This document shows positions 23,976 to 38,900 of a stretch of 64,000 nucleotides of DNA, piece by piece; position 1 is the stretch's first letter, and each line of letters opens with the position of its first letter. The stretch is from assembly GCA_040954595.2 (NCBI GenBank), contig CM082576.2, positions 5,430,760-5,494,759 on the forward strand, given 5' to 3'. This stretch comes from Balanoglossus misakiensis (Eukaryota; Animalia; Hemichordata). The translations under genes were made by a program, and so were the position numbers. The notes beneath the pieces were generated by a model. The model had not been told where the DNA came from. It worked only from the letters and a program-made list of their open reading frames with translations, and did no database searches.

Positions 23976-26900
23976 ACGATGCGTGATTGCCTTTTCACAC
24001 ACAGCTGTGGAAATTATCAATTAGCCGAAAGGTCTATGGTCTAGAGAGCGGGATGACTACCGTAAGAAAGGGCCCTCCAATCGACGCGTTCGCAGCCCTA
24101 TTCTGTGTCCGACGTCAGTGACTGCATGCCGCCAGGAGCCCTAATTAATAAATATAAATCCACGCCAATAAACAACACATGAACGAGTGCACTTGAAAGA
24201 CGAGCCGACCCGTCCCCGAAATATCCCGGGAGGCTTTCAAAGAGAGAACGGTCATCTGGTTCACCTGTTCCTCTGTAAGACGGTCTACCTCGAGCCGACA
24301 CACTCGGATCTGATTTCAGGGGCGTAGCTGTCAGGAGACGAGAGAAACGTTGTGGTCGGTGAAATACTTTCATCAACTGGTTGAACACGCGGAGAAACAT
24401 GTCTCCAACCACCAACGTCACCGAAACAAGTTTTTAGCTGTCTTGTTGCGTAATTGTCACATTAAATGTTATATTCGCCGCTAAAGGAACAAAAGCAACA
24501 GCTTTTTGTTCACGTTTTGTGGTGTGACAGGTATGTACATATATTTAGCCCTGCAAACGTGAAACCTATAGCCGTCTATTCGATTGAATGTGCAAATACA
24601 TACAGACAGACAGACATGTATTTCATCTTTCTGTCGGTGGATGTCATAATTGTCCATGAAGAACACCTTCCTTTGGTCCGAAATATGACATGGGTGTCTT
24701 GCAATGGTATTTGACCCTCAATAACTCCTTCAATTAACTCTGTTTTAATTCCATATCATCAAAAATTATCTCATGGTCCCTGAATCCTAGATAAGACTAT
24801 TTTTCTGGTGCGGGGCTATCATCGAACGGGCTTCTGTTTCAAAACAATGGGATTTCTTTACATTCACTTGCTCCGTAATGGTTTCGGCGCAGATATCTGC
24901 ATATATATTTAGACGGTGTTAATTGCATTCTTTGTGGTGTCTCACGCGCTGGTACTAACACGTCGGCGACCGGACACACGCTCAGTTGGCACCACATCGC
25001 CAAGGTCGGACCGCCACAGAAATGTCGTTTTTTTTTAGTTTGAACCAGTGGGAAAGGGAACTGACGCTGAAAAGATGCTCCCAAGCGTTAACGACATTCG
25101 GAGCGTTTAGAGCTGTCTTCTTTCATAATTAACTAGCCATGTAAAAACATTACGAGGATCCAAGACAAGGCGTTTTTTATAATGTACCACGTACCACCGG
25201 TGTGGTGCGAACAACGCACTCGACCACTAGTTGAAGGATTGTAAATTTTCGCCTTCGTGTACTGTGGAGAATTGGTAGTAGATTCGTGCAATTGTGAGAT
25301 GGAGTCGCTAGTTCCTATCGATTTCAGCGAACGCGGCGCACTTTGTGTCCAGAGTAAGTGTAATTAAAGGGCCTTGCCTGTTATCACCCAGAAGGGTGCA
25401 CTTTACATAATGAGTAAGGTGAAATCGACAACGTTTACCCTGAATCAAGTCGATCCTTTGTGCATTGTATGGGCCCAGTTTGTCCCTGAATTTAAACGAA
25501 TTTCATTTTTTTTCACCCGGGCGTCCCAGCGGACGCTTTTAGTGCTCGTTAGTTGCTACCTGGCATATGTTGAATATAGGCAACCGCCAACGAGGCTCCA
25601 GCGTGGACCTTCGGAACGGCATCTTTCTCCGGGCTATATGTATAGCATTTTGCAACAATTAGCGTTTCGTAGGGTCCCTTGTGAGGCGAACGGCGGCGTC
25701 CATTGTAACAGGCGCTTGTACAGTGGGTGAATGTAATAGGTAACCCGAGCAGATATTTTGATGGATTCGGGCGGATCTGATTTGCTTGTTAAAATGCTTG
25801 TCATTGAACGCTTTAAGATCTAATCACTGAGTAATGCCAACAGTTGAACGCGGCGGTCACCCAAAGGTCTCATTCACCGTCTGAACGAGGAAAGGTGATC
25901 ATATACTGGAACAAAACTTGCGTGTAGGGCTACTACCTGATAACGTTGCAAGATCACGTGACAGCGCAAAACATCGTTCACTTTCTACAATCAGCACTGC
26001 GCTTAAATTTGATCAAGCTTCATGTTTTTATCCAATGAACTCCACGTACAACACGCTCCGTTTTCTCTCCATATACATTCTCGACGTTTGACACATTTCG
26101 CCAACCTGGTTGTATTGCGAGCGGCTGTAATTTGGTATTCTTGACAGAAAGTATACACTCAATTTGTATTCCAACAATTAAAATAAAACGACCTTGGCCA
26201 ATAACAAACGAACACAACTTCTCTCATGTTTTAGAAAAGAAGCAAAAGCAAGTGCGCGTCCTTGGTGATCTTGTCAGAGCTGGTCACTTTTTTCCCCAGC
26301 TATTCAAACAGTTGGGTCGGCTCACTGAAAGCTGCGTGTACTCGGCCATGACGGCTGTTGCTTTTTGCTTGGATACTGCTATCAAAACACGGGAATAGCG
26401 GAGTGAGTTTTCTATCGCCAGTCTCTAGAAGTGTCAAAAGTAGTTTATTTGCCAGCCGCACAGCGGAGTATAGGCCAACCGCTAATCCAATGAAAATCTC
26501 CGTGAAAAAGACCGCGCGAACAATCTGTCTTAATCTTCTTACCGTCTATCTGGGCGATGCTTCACTACTGTTCACCCAGTGTGAATATAACGTTATTTCC
26601 AAAGGTCTCCATTTCATCTGCTCATTGACACATGTGCGTTGCGCTCAGTTACAAAAAAAGGCCGCACGGCCGAAACACAAGTCCCGGCTAAGCCGAAACG
26701 TCTGAGAGCTCTCAAACGCCGGCGTTTGTCGGAAGCCGTTTGTTTCCGATCGCCAGAAATTTAATTAGTCCACTAAATTATTCCAGAACCGATTTTCTCG
26801 CCGTTAAAAAAGTAGGCGAATCATGCGAACGGTGTTTACGTGGAAGAAAGGACACGCTAGGATACTGCTGTTAGAACGCGGTATGCCTTTGGAATGGTAT

Positions 26901-29900
26901 CAGGTTCTTCATACCAGAGCCGGGCAGTGTTTTGCTTATCCCGTGTAAGGTGTATATGGTTCTTCAACTACCATGGTTGAGCGCACTGTGTACATTTTGC
27001 CGTGGCAAAGACGGCATCGTCGAAGTGACCATGTATATATATACACACGGGGAGAGTTCTCTCTTAAATACGGACAGTGGTATATATACGATGGGAACGA
27101 GATGCTTTCAGGTGAAGACCGTGTTTGTGGATTCTAAGCACGGTCCCACTTTCTCCTTCCCGGGGCGCGATCGATCGTACTCACCTTTGTAGCGTGTGTA
27201 GTACCGAATATCCTTAAACAACTGGACCCCCTTCGCACTTGGTGGTCAGGAAACGTGTAAGCTTACGCCCGCCAGACAGCGACCCTAAAATCCAACACGT
27301 GTACTGCGATACGACACTCTTCAAATGTGATGCGAAAATCTATTGGAGTGTGTTTACGTCGTCACATGATTATTTACATGTTTACCGGCAACTTTGTTTA
27401 ATGTATACCGTATGGGGTTCCCAACTATAGATGGCCGGATAGTTGTATATCTGCAAGCTAAACGCCCAGCGGCCAACCAGAGATATTCGTAGCAACACGC
27501 CCCGTTGGCTTTTGTTATGCGCACACCTCAATGAATGAACTGCCCGCAGAAGTTCTCACTCTAGTATCCACTTGTTTGGGCTGCTTTCACGAGATGTTTT
27601 CGCTCTTTTCAAGGGAAACTTCTTCATGCGGTTAATTTCCATTTCTTTATTTTCTGAAAGCAAGTCCGTTTTGCATTCAACTTTTAAATAGATTCAACAT
27701 AGTGTCAATGGTGCTAACTGACAAACCAGCCGACAAGGGCTGAGTGAAAATCTCCTTCAAAAAACGCGACAGACGACTCGCCGAAAGAAATCGCGCTCAT
27801 GCACCTACAGGGCTGATATCGAATATCAAAATGGCCAAATCTCTATAGCAAAGCAGAGCCAGGCATATTGCCGACGCGTGTGCTTCGAAGTAACAACGTC
27901 GGTCGTTCTTACTTCCTAGGCGTTGATTTTATTTAACATCGGCGATTTACATTACGTTGAGGGTAAATAAAGTTCTTTCTTCGGTACACGCTCTTTGCGA
28001 CTAAATCCCATTCATTAACGTCGGCTTTCTAAGTCCCTTGTAATGTGATTAAACCATTGAAAAGCTGCGCCGACATACACACATGTCAATTTCGCCGGGT
28101 AACGCATAAGCGCCGAAACGCTTGGAGAACGCCCCGCGATACCCTGTCACCAGGGGTTCCACAAACGACACACTCTTGGGATCAAAATACAGTCCACACT
28201 CCAAACTCCCCCACGTTACCTTGGCCACCCCTAACACCACCATAATGGATTTTCAATAAACACGCCGTTTCAACTCACAATCAGCCTACAGTTCGATTTC
28301 AGGGGGGAAAGTCCAATATACCTTTAGTCACTTCTGAGATTTTAAGTCGGTGTTTCTTAATCACTGATCAGCGATCACCTATTTTGATTCCAAAGTTGTC
28401 TGTGGTTCTGAACAATCGCGGTCTTCCAGATCACCACTAATTATTCGAAATACCCTCAGGTCTCAGATGGCATATTTCGTAACATTATGAAAGAGCTCAT
28501 TTGCTGGCCACAGATTCTGTCGATTCTTTTTTTTCTCTCTCCAGCCATCATAATGTTATTCATCTGTCTTGCTTTTATAACGTTCTTGTATACACCAGCT
28601 TAAAATGCTGACGATGTCTCCGATAGACAAAGCTTATGCGGTCCCAGCCTCCGCATACACACACAAGGATCTAACTGAAATACTGTAACCGTGACTCTAT
28701 ACCTATATACAAAATACTTTGTGCGGCACAGATTCTTGGGTTAAAGTTACCTGTCGCCGTGCCGTGTGACACGGAGCATGGCTTCCGCGAGGTAACTCAT
28801 GCGAGTATTAACGCGCCATCGTGTCAGAAACCTGCGCACGTATTAATCAAAAGGGACAATGTCAAGACACACAGCACTGCCTCGCCAGTCTCCGAAAGGA
28901 ATTTCAATTTCCGTTTATCGAACGTTCACTGATCGATATTTTCAGACTCTTATAACTGTATTATTTATGCATAAGTTGAAACGGCCACGGTCCTCCAATA
29001 CCTATGCAAGTTATCTGCTATATCATGTTTTGTCCCGTCTTGACATTACATAATATTGAAAGCATTAGTCGGAAGCTCTGTCATGTCGACAACTGCAGCT
29101 GTGCCTCAAAGACGTCCCGACCTTCAAACAACGCCTCGTCCAACTATGGAGTCTAACGGTTCAACTGTACATAAAGTTTTCACATTTGGAACTTCTCTAT
29201 ATACATCACTCCGATCTCTGTGTTCGCAACTCCGAGGAATTCTTACACAAATCGTATTACACACTGACGGATCAGAACGAATTGCTTAGAACTATGCAAT
29301 ACCTCCCCGAGGTGTTAAATGCCTGACGACACAAACACGTGTAGTAATTGCATTGTCCCGATTTGAATGAATTTAATTTGTTATCATCGAATTGACATTA
29401 ATCTGTACACGGCGTTTGAACATCTGCCGATTACAGGGGTTGTTTACTCAGCTTTCAAACCGCGATAAAACCGAACATTGACGAGAATATAAACAACAAG
29501 ACAACAAGTCAAAACCCCTTGTTAATGCTGTTCAGTCGGTCGGACAGATAGATAGGGATGTAGGCAAGGAATGTACCAACCCAGACCACACTGTTCGCAA
29601 TGCATGTTACAGTTATCTACCTTCCGAAGATTGACATGACCTTGGTCACGGTGACCGTGTCTTGGACCATATGTCAAGACATCTGTAGATCACACTTCCA
29701 GATTTCATACCGCGGTATAATCAGAGAGTGTCGTAATTGACAAAACGTATGCATGTACACACTTCAAATAACCGCTGGCGTAGACTGTAGTTTACTCATA
29801 AAAGAGACGCGAAGACACTGGAACTAAATTGTCACTGGAACGAGTGGTTTACATGGTTATGATAAAAATTTTCTGATTATTTTGCTGGACGAATAGGTTT

Positions 29901-32900
29901 ACACTAATATATGTAGCCTGTCTCAACTTTTCCGCCAATCTCCTCGCCCTGACGAGAACAACTTCTCAGAAGTGTATCAACGTTGCAGCCTGAAACGAAA
30001 TTTGACAAATGTAGATGAAACCACACACCTCTCGGTCAGCCTGGCTTGATGACACTGCCCCGGTCGGAGATCTCTTGGCCTACGCCGTTCGCTTTCTGTC
30101 CATCGCCACTTCCAGCGGACCATTCAAACTGTCGATTGATGTCGAAATATTCCAGTATTGCTCATAAACTGTCGTTAGTTTGGGAGGCGTGCTACACCAT
30201 CGTTCGTCGTGGTTCAGATTGATGGGGCAGCACGGTCCGTTTGTCAACAAATTGTCACTTTGCGTGCGCGATGAGTTCTTCGACCTCGCCTATCACTTCG
30301 AGATTACCCTAATGACCGCACGGCATTGTTTTGGGGAGATAGGGTGTCCAAAAAACAAAATGCATGTACATAGTACACAAGTTCTACGGGACCTGTTGAA
30401 GAAGCGCCCAGATACGTAACCGCAGTATTGACTCGGCTGATACGAATCGGTGTAGCCAAATAGACCGATCTACTTTACGGCAGGAATTAATTTGAAGATG
30501 CTTGTTTAGCCGCGTTATATCACTCGAATATATGAAAACACGTGGGGTTCGTATGCATATTGCACATGTGCCATCGTTAAGTTAGAGAGATGGTAAGAAT
30601 ACCGATGGATTCCCAGTCAATTTGCTATTATCGGCGTCCAACGTGAGTTTAACGTATCGCCTCTGAGCAGACGGGACTGGCCGCCACCGTGTCTCCGTCA
30701 CTGTCCTCTCGAAATTCCCCCGCCCGTTTAGTTCCTGAGTCGAGTGCACTGCACAGATAACGAAAGCATTTTCAGTGTCATTACCTCGAGAAGTCAATGT
30801 ATTTGCCGTGTGATTTTGCTGACGCCACTGGCAGCGTTTAAGTGCTTGAAGGAGTTCTCAAAGCATGTCTACCGCTGTATAAAACATGATCAAATTGCAG
30901 TTTACCTTGGCGTTTGTCGTTGAATCGTCGGAGACACGGAATACGGAAAGGAACTTGACATAGAAATTCAAATCACTTGTCTGTGTTGATGTCACGGTGA
31001 TTTGTGCAGACTGCTTCAAACCAATGTTTCTAGTAACCGTGTTCAAACCGACTTTGCCAGTTGTACAGTGTCGTCTTTTACTGGCTTACGCGTGTGTTTT
31101 GATTGGTCTTAAAGTTTTCGGGCATGCGCAGAATGGCAACTTCATTAAAATTTAGTGCGTCGGTATGATTTTCAGTGGGTGGTTATTATGAATCTCGACC
31201 CAACGTATGAAAGACTAAGTCTACCACGCGAAGGCGAGTATTTGAGATACAAGGCACGAAAAATTACAGGTCGTTTTCAGGACATGCCTGCAACAACTGA
31301 AGGTCTGATCAGGACTTTCAAGGCGATTTTAGGGCTGAATGTTGTGTCGGGGAACATACCACAGGGGAGATTTCTTTTGCCGTGTACTGATACTGTGGCT
31401 TGCTTGCACATATGCTTGCACGCTTGCGTGGTTTGACTGGGTGTCACCAGCGTTGAACCGGTATAACATATTCTGAAGTGTAGAAGTTGCGGGAAACTGG
31501 CCTTGTCTAATTGGGGGACACGCAGAGAAGTTGATTTGAATGTGAAATTTCTTCAAGAGATCATTCATCGAATCGAATTATCTATGCAGTAGACCGACAT
31601 TTGCCGAACACAAAACTAACACAAGAAAAACAAACTTGAACACTGACAGTTGTTGACACACTATCTTGAGAAGTACCTAAAGCCTGTTGTGTCTAGACGC
31701 TGTTCACGGTCGTTGGAGGGTTCACCAGTTCCAAGGCACGCCGCACTTGGCAGCTGAAGGATACGGTGTCGGCAAAAAATATTTCACAAAGGAACTAAGG
31801 TCCTCCCGCGTAAATTGGATGAAATGCGGCGCGGTATGTTCGATTCGAACGCCATAGTTTGAAACAGACGTCATCACCGTGATCTTGAATACAGCAAGAC
31901 GCCTAACCCACACCGCCGAAAACAAATATGGCCAAACACGGCCCTGATTCAATGTCTGCAGAGTCGTTCGTAGTAGAGACTCCTTGTCTGTGTTTGTACA
32001 CACACCACACGTTCGCGTGCATTTTTTCTTTGATTTTTCTTTGACCTTTCGAGCGGGATGAACCATAGGATCCTCCGCTGAGGTTCTATAGATGAACGCA
32101 ACGAATCTAGCGTAGGCTGGCCGTTTGTGCACCAAAGTTAGTAATGTATCAAGGTACTTTTCCATACGAGACAGTGTAGTATAGGCCTATATGTGTCGTT
32201 CTGCTTCATGAAAAATACTAAATTTATGGTTCTACGAGTTTCATCCTCATTCTGACAAAATTACTTATACCTGTCTTGTGTTCTGACATTTCTGACAAGC
32301 TGTAGTCGATACTCTGAAAATACTGAAAAGTTAAAGCTACATTTCCCTTCATTCGCAGAGCGAAGAAAGCATTCCGATTCTGCTACGTAAATCAATAGAC
32401 GTCTGGTCGAACAGGTATGGAGAGAAAACAATGATTGATGGATTCATCCATCAACAGTATCTTTCTTGAAAATCCAATCTCCGGCATTGAAAGTTGTGTT
32501 ATTGAACTGAAATCCGTTTGTATTGGCAAAGTACTGATTGGGGCGTCTTTGAGGTGTCACCGGCTTATTTGATTTATCGCAGAAGAACTTCTCTGGGTTA
32601 ATTCAAAACACCCACTTCACCGAGCATTTTGTATGTATCTTCCAGCGGATGTTTATTTCTCTCGCGCGTTCGCTCGCATCCTTCAACGAGGCGAACGCTG
32701 CTAATTCAAAACAAACATGTCGGTCTCATTGATTTTGCGCCAACGGCCCTCTAGCAACAGTAACACTGATAGTTAACAGAAGGCATGTGATTCGACAGAA
32801 ATTGGGTGTCGACTCATGTTCGTTGACATAAAATGGACACACTTAAACAACCACTGTCGCTGACAGTGATATTCCACAACCTAGGTATGTGGCACGAAAT

Positions 32901-35900
32901 CTTTTAAAAGCTGAGGCCACTTTAAGACTAATCTAGTACATGTACTACGCTTCTTGAGGTATTTTTTTTTACTTTTGCTGGCTCATTTGTGAGTGAGCAA
33001 ATGCGAAAAACACGAAGTCTGGTACTATACAACTTTAAGACAGATTGGAGGTTGCACCCAAGATATTATTAGATGTTATTTATACGCTCATATTTTTAGT
33101 ATTTTGTATACAGAATGTTGACCACTCGATCCATGCCCCTCTCCCGTATAGACTGCCCTCAACGATAGACATCACGACTTCTTCTGCGCACGCTCCATGA
33201 CAAACTTGATGACAAGCTGACACGGAACCCTTTCTACGCCTGAAGGCTTTATGCACCGATCGTAACGCTGACGGATATTTGTAGGTAAATCCGTATTTAC
33301 GCTTTTCCCGCCACACCTTCTACGAAATTCGCCGTGGTACTTATTTTCCATTGAGAGGAACACCAAAGGGACCAGCAGTCCAATAATATTGACTTTTTGT
33401 TATTCCGCAGTGCAGACGATCTGTAGTCGCCAGACGCTCAGCCGCCAACAACATTGCTTGCCGTGACGACTGCGGTAAACTGAAACGGTGTTTGCTGCGA
33501 TCCGAAATTGCAATGACACGAAAACACTGGAACAATTGACCGTCGTTCCTAGGTAGGTTGTGTGTCTTTCCGTTCATTGTTCGGTTGCTGAAAAGGCCAA
33601 CTGAGGCTAAAGCGTTGTCTGCGATGCGATCGAAGTGAAGCCCCAGCTGGTCCATTCAATGTTATCACGCTGTTCACACAACAATAACAAACTCATCTCG
33701 GTGTAAATAGGTCATTACATAACTATGATGCTTGTAATCTTCCCAGAGCAAGATAAATTTCCCATTTATTTCAATCCCTTTGTGCGATTTCTGAGTTTTG
33801 TGTACTCTAAAGCGCGGATCGGCAGTGACACCGCGCAGGGAACTTTGATTAGAATAGAATTTGATTTTCTCTGATTCTCCTGCTTTGTTAATTTCAATAA
33901 ATCATAATATATTTTTGTATGTAACTTTGTAAGATGAAAGCCAGAACTGTATATACACAATACTGCCTGACCTACTCTCAAAGGTCACACGTACACAAAT
34001 TTCGACACAATAAAAAATCGGTCAACCGAGTCTGTCATAACAGACTACATGTATATGATTGGTTTATTTGAAGTTGCTTACCCAAGCTATCCCAGAAAAA
34101 AAATCCTGCTTGTATAAATTTGGTTCAAGATGTGACTGGGTGAATGTGCTAGTAGGCAGAATATTTTATGAATTTTAAGATTTTTTATAGCAGTAATTCA
34201 TAAACAGTATAAAATTTGATGAATTATTATTCAAATCAATTTATTAGAGGAGGTGGAAGAGATGCCATATTTTCTGAAAGTGGAGATTGAAGTGATGGAC
34301 AAAAGAGGGAAATTATGTTTTGTGTGAAAAAGTGATTGCTGGATTATAATTGGTTGAACTAATAATCATAGATAATAGTACTTGTCTTCATGGATAAATG
34401 AGGCTAAATTGACTTTTATTTTAACAAAGGAAAATTTCAGTTGATGGTATTTTCCTTTGACCTTTAGGAGACTTGTTCACACAACACTGTCGTTTTTCAC
34501 AGGGTGTTGAAATAAGAATTTGCATGAGAGGATAGATTGAAGGTAAAACATGGGAAAATTCAGTGGCAGAAGCCATAGTCTTAACTACAAATATATACAT
34601 TGAAACACCACATCTACTACTAATATGTTTGACCTTGATGAAATTACAGAATAAAATTGTATCGTGGAGGGTCTGGGTTTGTGATTTCATTTGACATGAT
34701 GCGAGATTGTAGGGTCAGATGTTGTTTTACAATATGGCTAGGAACAGTCATTAGGCTGGATTTGTGTAATCAGTGATTACCAGTACACTTGAAACAAACA
34801 CACACCTAAGTTCAGCAGGAAAATTATGTCACGCAGGTTTTTTTCGCAAAATTTTATGGGTGATTGAATAACCTGTTGACTGGTTTTCACCCAAGGCATT
34901 TCCCTAATTTGTTATTTTATTCAGATTCTAATACTGAGAAAAAAGCATATTACCTGACATTATGTAAAGGAAAACTTGCCTAACGGCACCTTACCCAAAA
35001 TTCTGAGAATTCCAGAAAAATGGATCAGAATGAGATTTGATCTAAGGTGAAAGTCAGGTTTGACATGAGCCAAGATACTACCTGTGTATGATGTATGGAA
35101 AGTTTGGTCTCAAGTATGGTGCTGAATAGAGCATGTAGAGTCAATGGATGCCCTTTGTTTTTGTACTACTTGTTGTCATAACATTGACCAATTACCTGCA
35201 ACCAGCAGTGTGCTAAGCAAATTGACAAGTATTTTAAGTGATTAAATTATTTCAGGAGTAATTTCAGCATGAATGTCAAGAAGGGAATTGTGGTAAGTTT
35301 AGTATTATAAAAAAAAAGGGGTGTATAGCTTTAACAATTGAGCGGAAGCTGTCCAAGACATTGCTGGATGCAAAGAAGACTGCAGACTTTGAACAGGCAT
35401 ATATCACACAGTCAATTAACCACGTCTTCAAGGCCTTACACGCAAATGGAGAAAATTGAAAGGCGGGCGTCAGCAGAAGATTGTAGTACGGTAACTAGGT
35501 AGACAAAGAAATTCCCCTGATATCACACAGCAAGGCGAGAAATTCCCCTGATAGCCCTTACAGAGTCCTCGGTTAGGTTTTTAAAGAAAAATGTTCAGGC
35601 GAAACACTAACCTGCAAGAGGAAGCCAGTAATTGCCATGTTCCAGAAGTCCTCGTTTAGCAGTGATATTGATCCCACATGAAAACACACAGTGCTCTAAT
35701 CAGTCTAATGGGCTGACTGGCATTAGAGTTTTCCTGGTGTATAATTGCTGTATGCTCTTACAAACTTCATTGTCATGTGAATAAACCTAATTGTGCAGCC
35801 ATTGGCTGTCATTCTTATAGTTTTTTTCCAGGATCTATTTTTTTTTTCCTCTTTTGCGTCATACTAAGTGGTTGTTTATGTTCCGCTATAAAGACTTCTG

Positions 35901-38900
35901 TTAGATGCCCAGAAGGCATGCATACTTTATTGGCGTTCGTCGTGCAGCGAAAGAAAATATGAGAGAAATCTACAATACCGAAACATTTGTGTCAGCTATA
36001 CTGTTTTGTTGTTTTCAAACTTATCAATAAAATGAATTCATATTGAAATGGTAATTAATGTCTGTGGAAGCGTGGTGCTTTTTTTTACGTTGGGTTGTCT
36101 TTGTCTGCGATGGCTTTTAGGTATACAAGTAGGGGAGAGACTTATGTAAACTTTTTCATGGCGACTTTTGTATGGCTGTGCAAATATCATCAGGCATCGA
36201 TTAGAATGAAAACGAGCAAAATATTTTCAAGGTTAAAAGGTACGCTGGTTGTTAACCCCCACTTCAGAGACAGGTAACTATGGTGTGGGAGACTTTGTTG
36301 TGCGTGGTGATGTTGTACATTGATCCAAAATGCTTTTCTGCCCAGTGATGAGAAAATCCAAAGTAAACAGTGTCATAATTTCACAAAAATTATGATGTAA
36401 ATGTTTTCCTTTTATCCACTAATGGCAGACTCCTCATGAAACAAAAGCATAGCAGATGCTGCTTGTATTTGGGGGAATACAAAGTGGCTAAGTCCATTTC
36501 CCTTTCGCTCAAACATGCCAATTTTCTACTTCAAACATTTATCATGGACAGTGTATATATTACTACTAATGTCTTGTGCACATCAATTTGTTTTGCAATA
36601 TGGCAACCATTTTGTCATGAATTTTTTTTTAGTATAACTGAACACTGTCATACATACATACACATATCACTCGTGTTTCAGCCTGGCCATCAGGCAGCTA
36701 TCAACTAACATACTATTTTGTGCACTTGACCTTACAGCAGACTTTGGCCACATAAAACACCTATACACCCATTCACATTCAATCATGTAGGCCATGGTAA
36801 CACCATTGTTAATCTCGCATTTCAACCATAGATTGACTGAACAGCCTGTATTAGTGCTAAACCAGCTTACATTTGTAATTGTTCCAATCTCCTGGCCTGG
36901 ACCAGCATACATACTAGGTCATGATGATGTACCTGGTCTTGTAAGGAAAGATTGGATGAAGAATTTAGCATTAATTAGATGTTCCTAAAGGAGACAGCTA
37001 TTCCACTCCCTGTAAGCTAAAAATAAATGCTCAATGTTTATATTTCCCTGTATATTGGCCATTGCCTTTGTTGAATTTAAGTCAAGAATGAAATTCAGTT
37101 TTTAAAAATAAAAATACTAACTGTACTCGTACAGCCTGTGTTGATTGTAAATACTGGGCACTCACTCATGCGATATAGCAAGTCCAACTCTGGTTAATAA
37201 ACAGAATTCTGAAACCAAAACAGCGACAAGTTACGGCTAATGGAACTTTACTTGTGACCCCAAATAAGGTCATTGGTTGCAACTGCTTGGCAGAAGTGGA
37301 GCACATGCTGAGCTTTATATGCCTTGCAAATAGTTTTTGCACTCCGAATGCTTCAAGGTCGTATCTTTCTCTCAAAAAATGTGACCAGTTGAACATTCCA
37401 TTACGAGTTGTAGTGCCAGTCATTCAGGTGTTCCACTGGTATTTGCTGTAGAAGTGGTGGTCGGGGCTCTTAGCAAATTCTTGGCACGGTGATATAAAAT
37501 TACAGTGACACATTTTTAAAGTAACAAGAGGTACTTAAAATACGCGAGATTGTAGAGGCTGTTCAGAAAACATTAATTTAGTTTAAATTAATCAAATTAT
37601 TTCAAATAAACATGAAAAACTATTACTTTAAGGACATACCTTAAGAAATTGCTGATATTATTGTTTTATTGTCAAATGAGAAAGGGGATACATTAGTTTG
37701 CAGGACCCTTGTGCAAATTTTCTTCCTGTTATACTCCCCAGTGCATTCATATTACAAAATCAATGCTCATGCTGTAAAAACATTGATTACTTTAAATCTG
37801 TGTGAATGTAAGAGCCCTGCATTTCAAGAGCTCTCTCTACTTCTCAGCGAATTGGCTTATGCTCACATATATGTACTTTTTTCAGTGGGCTGTGTTATTG
37901 TTCATGCATTTTCCATTTTGGTTGACTCCAGCCAATGAGATGCATTACATGCCATCAGGATTCTATAATCCTCACCCTCATACAGCATCAAATGCAGCTT
38001 TTATAGGCCATGTCTGAGTTTACAAACATGCAGATACCCTCAACAATCCATTCTCCTCATATCAATATTTTCCAGATCTGTGCATGAGATGAAGTGGGTA
38101 TCCTCTACTCAAACAAATTTACTCTCATGTACTAAGGTTTTGATCATATCAGACAAATAACCTGAATTTCAAACCCACCGTTACACAAATAATTCACACT
38201 ATGATCATCTGATAGAACAGGTAACTCAACATACTAGTGATTGAACAGGGTTGATAAAAGATTACACTTTCAAACTCAGATACCAGATAGAGAGATATCG
38301 GAAATACCTTCTGTGGCAGATGTCTTCATGTGGCTGTATTTCCTGTGTTGCTCAAATCCTTTCTGTAAAGACAGTCCACAGCATGTGTGATTGTACACTC
38401 CACAGTTGAGGCAGTGAGAATGATCGGCACTATTTGAATATTCAAACTTCAAAAGATGATCCGAAGGTGGTACTTATGCAGATTTGCACGCTCCTTTTAG
38501 GTCAAGTTTTCCAATGGACGGACAGCAGCGGACTGACACTCGAAGTTATCCCCACATGGTATTCAAGTTTCAGCTCTGTTGATGTTATTTAGCATGGGAA
38601 GGGAAATATTTGCAGTTGCAGTGTTTGCTTCTGTTTAGTAAACTCCGCTGTGGGAGACAGTGCTTTGGCGATGTGTGTTTTGGTTTCAATTTGTTTTACT
38701 AGGGCCGCTGACTGTTTCTGGAGTTCATTCATGATAGCTGCTGTGAACAATGGATACTGGGAGGAAAAAGCAAGGAGCATTGATCTCTCTCGGATGTGTA
38801 TTTGCTCGTCAATTTGTACACTGTCTCCAAAGTAATTTGTCTATGGTATTGCTACTTTAGTTTGAAATCAGCGCTATAGACAAGTCTGTTCATTGCATTT

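Noticed and set aside
27700-27735. miR-29-like TAGCACCATT on the minus strand
   Set aside because: The match is limited to about 10 nt and there is no precursor hairpin.
31722-32165. 147-aa ATG ORF with CxxxCxxC in the intergenic region
   Set aside because: No recognisable homology, codon bias or splice context. Cannot be supported without expression data.
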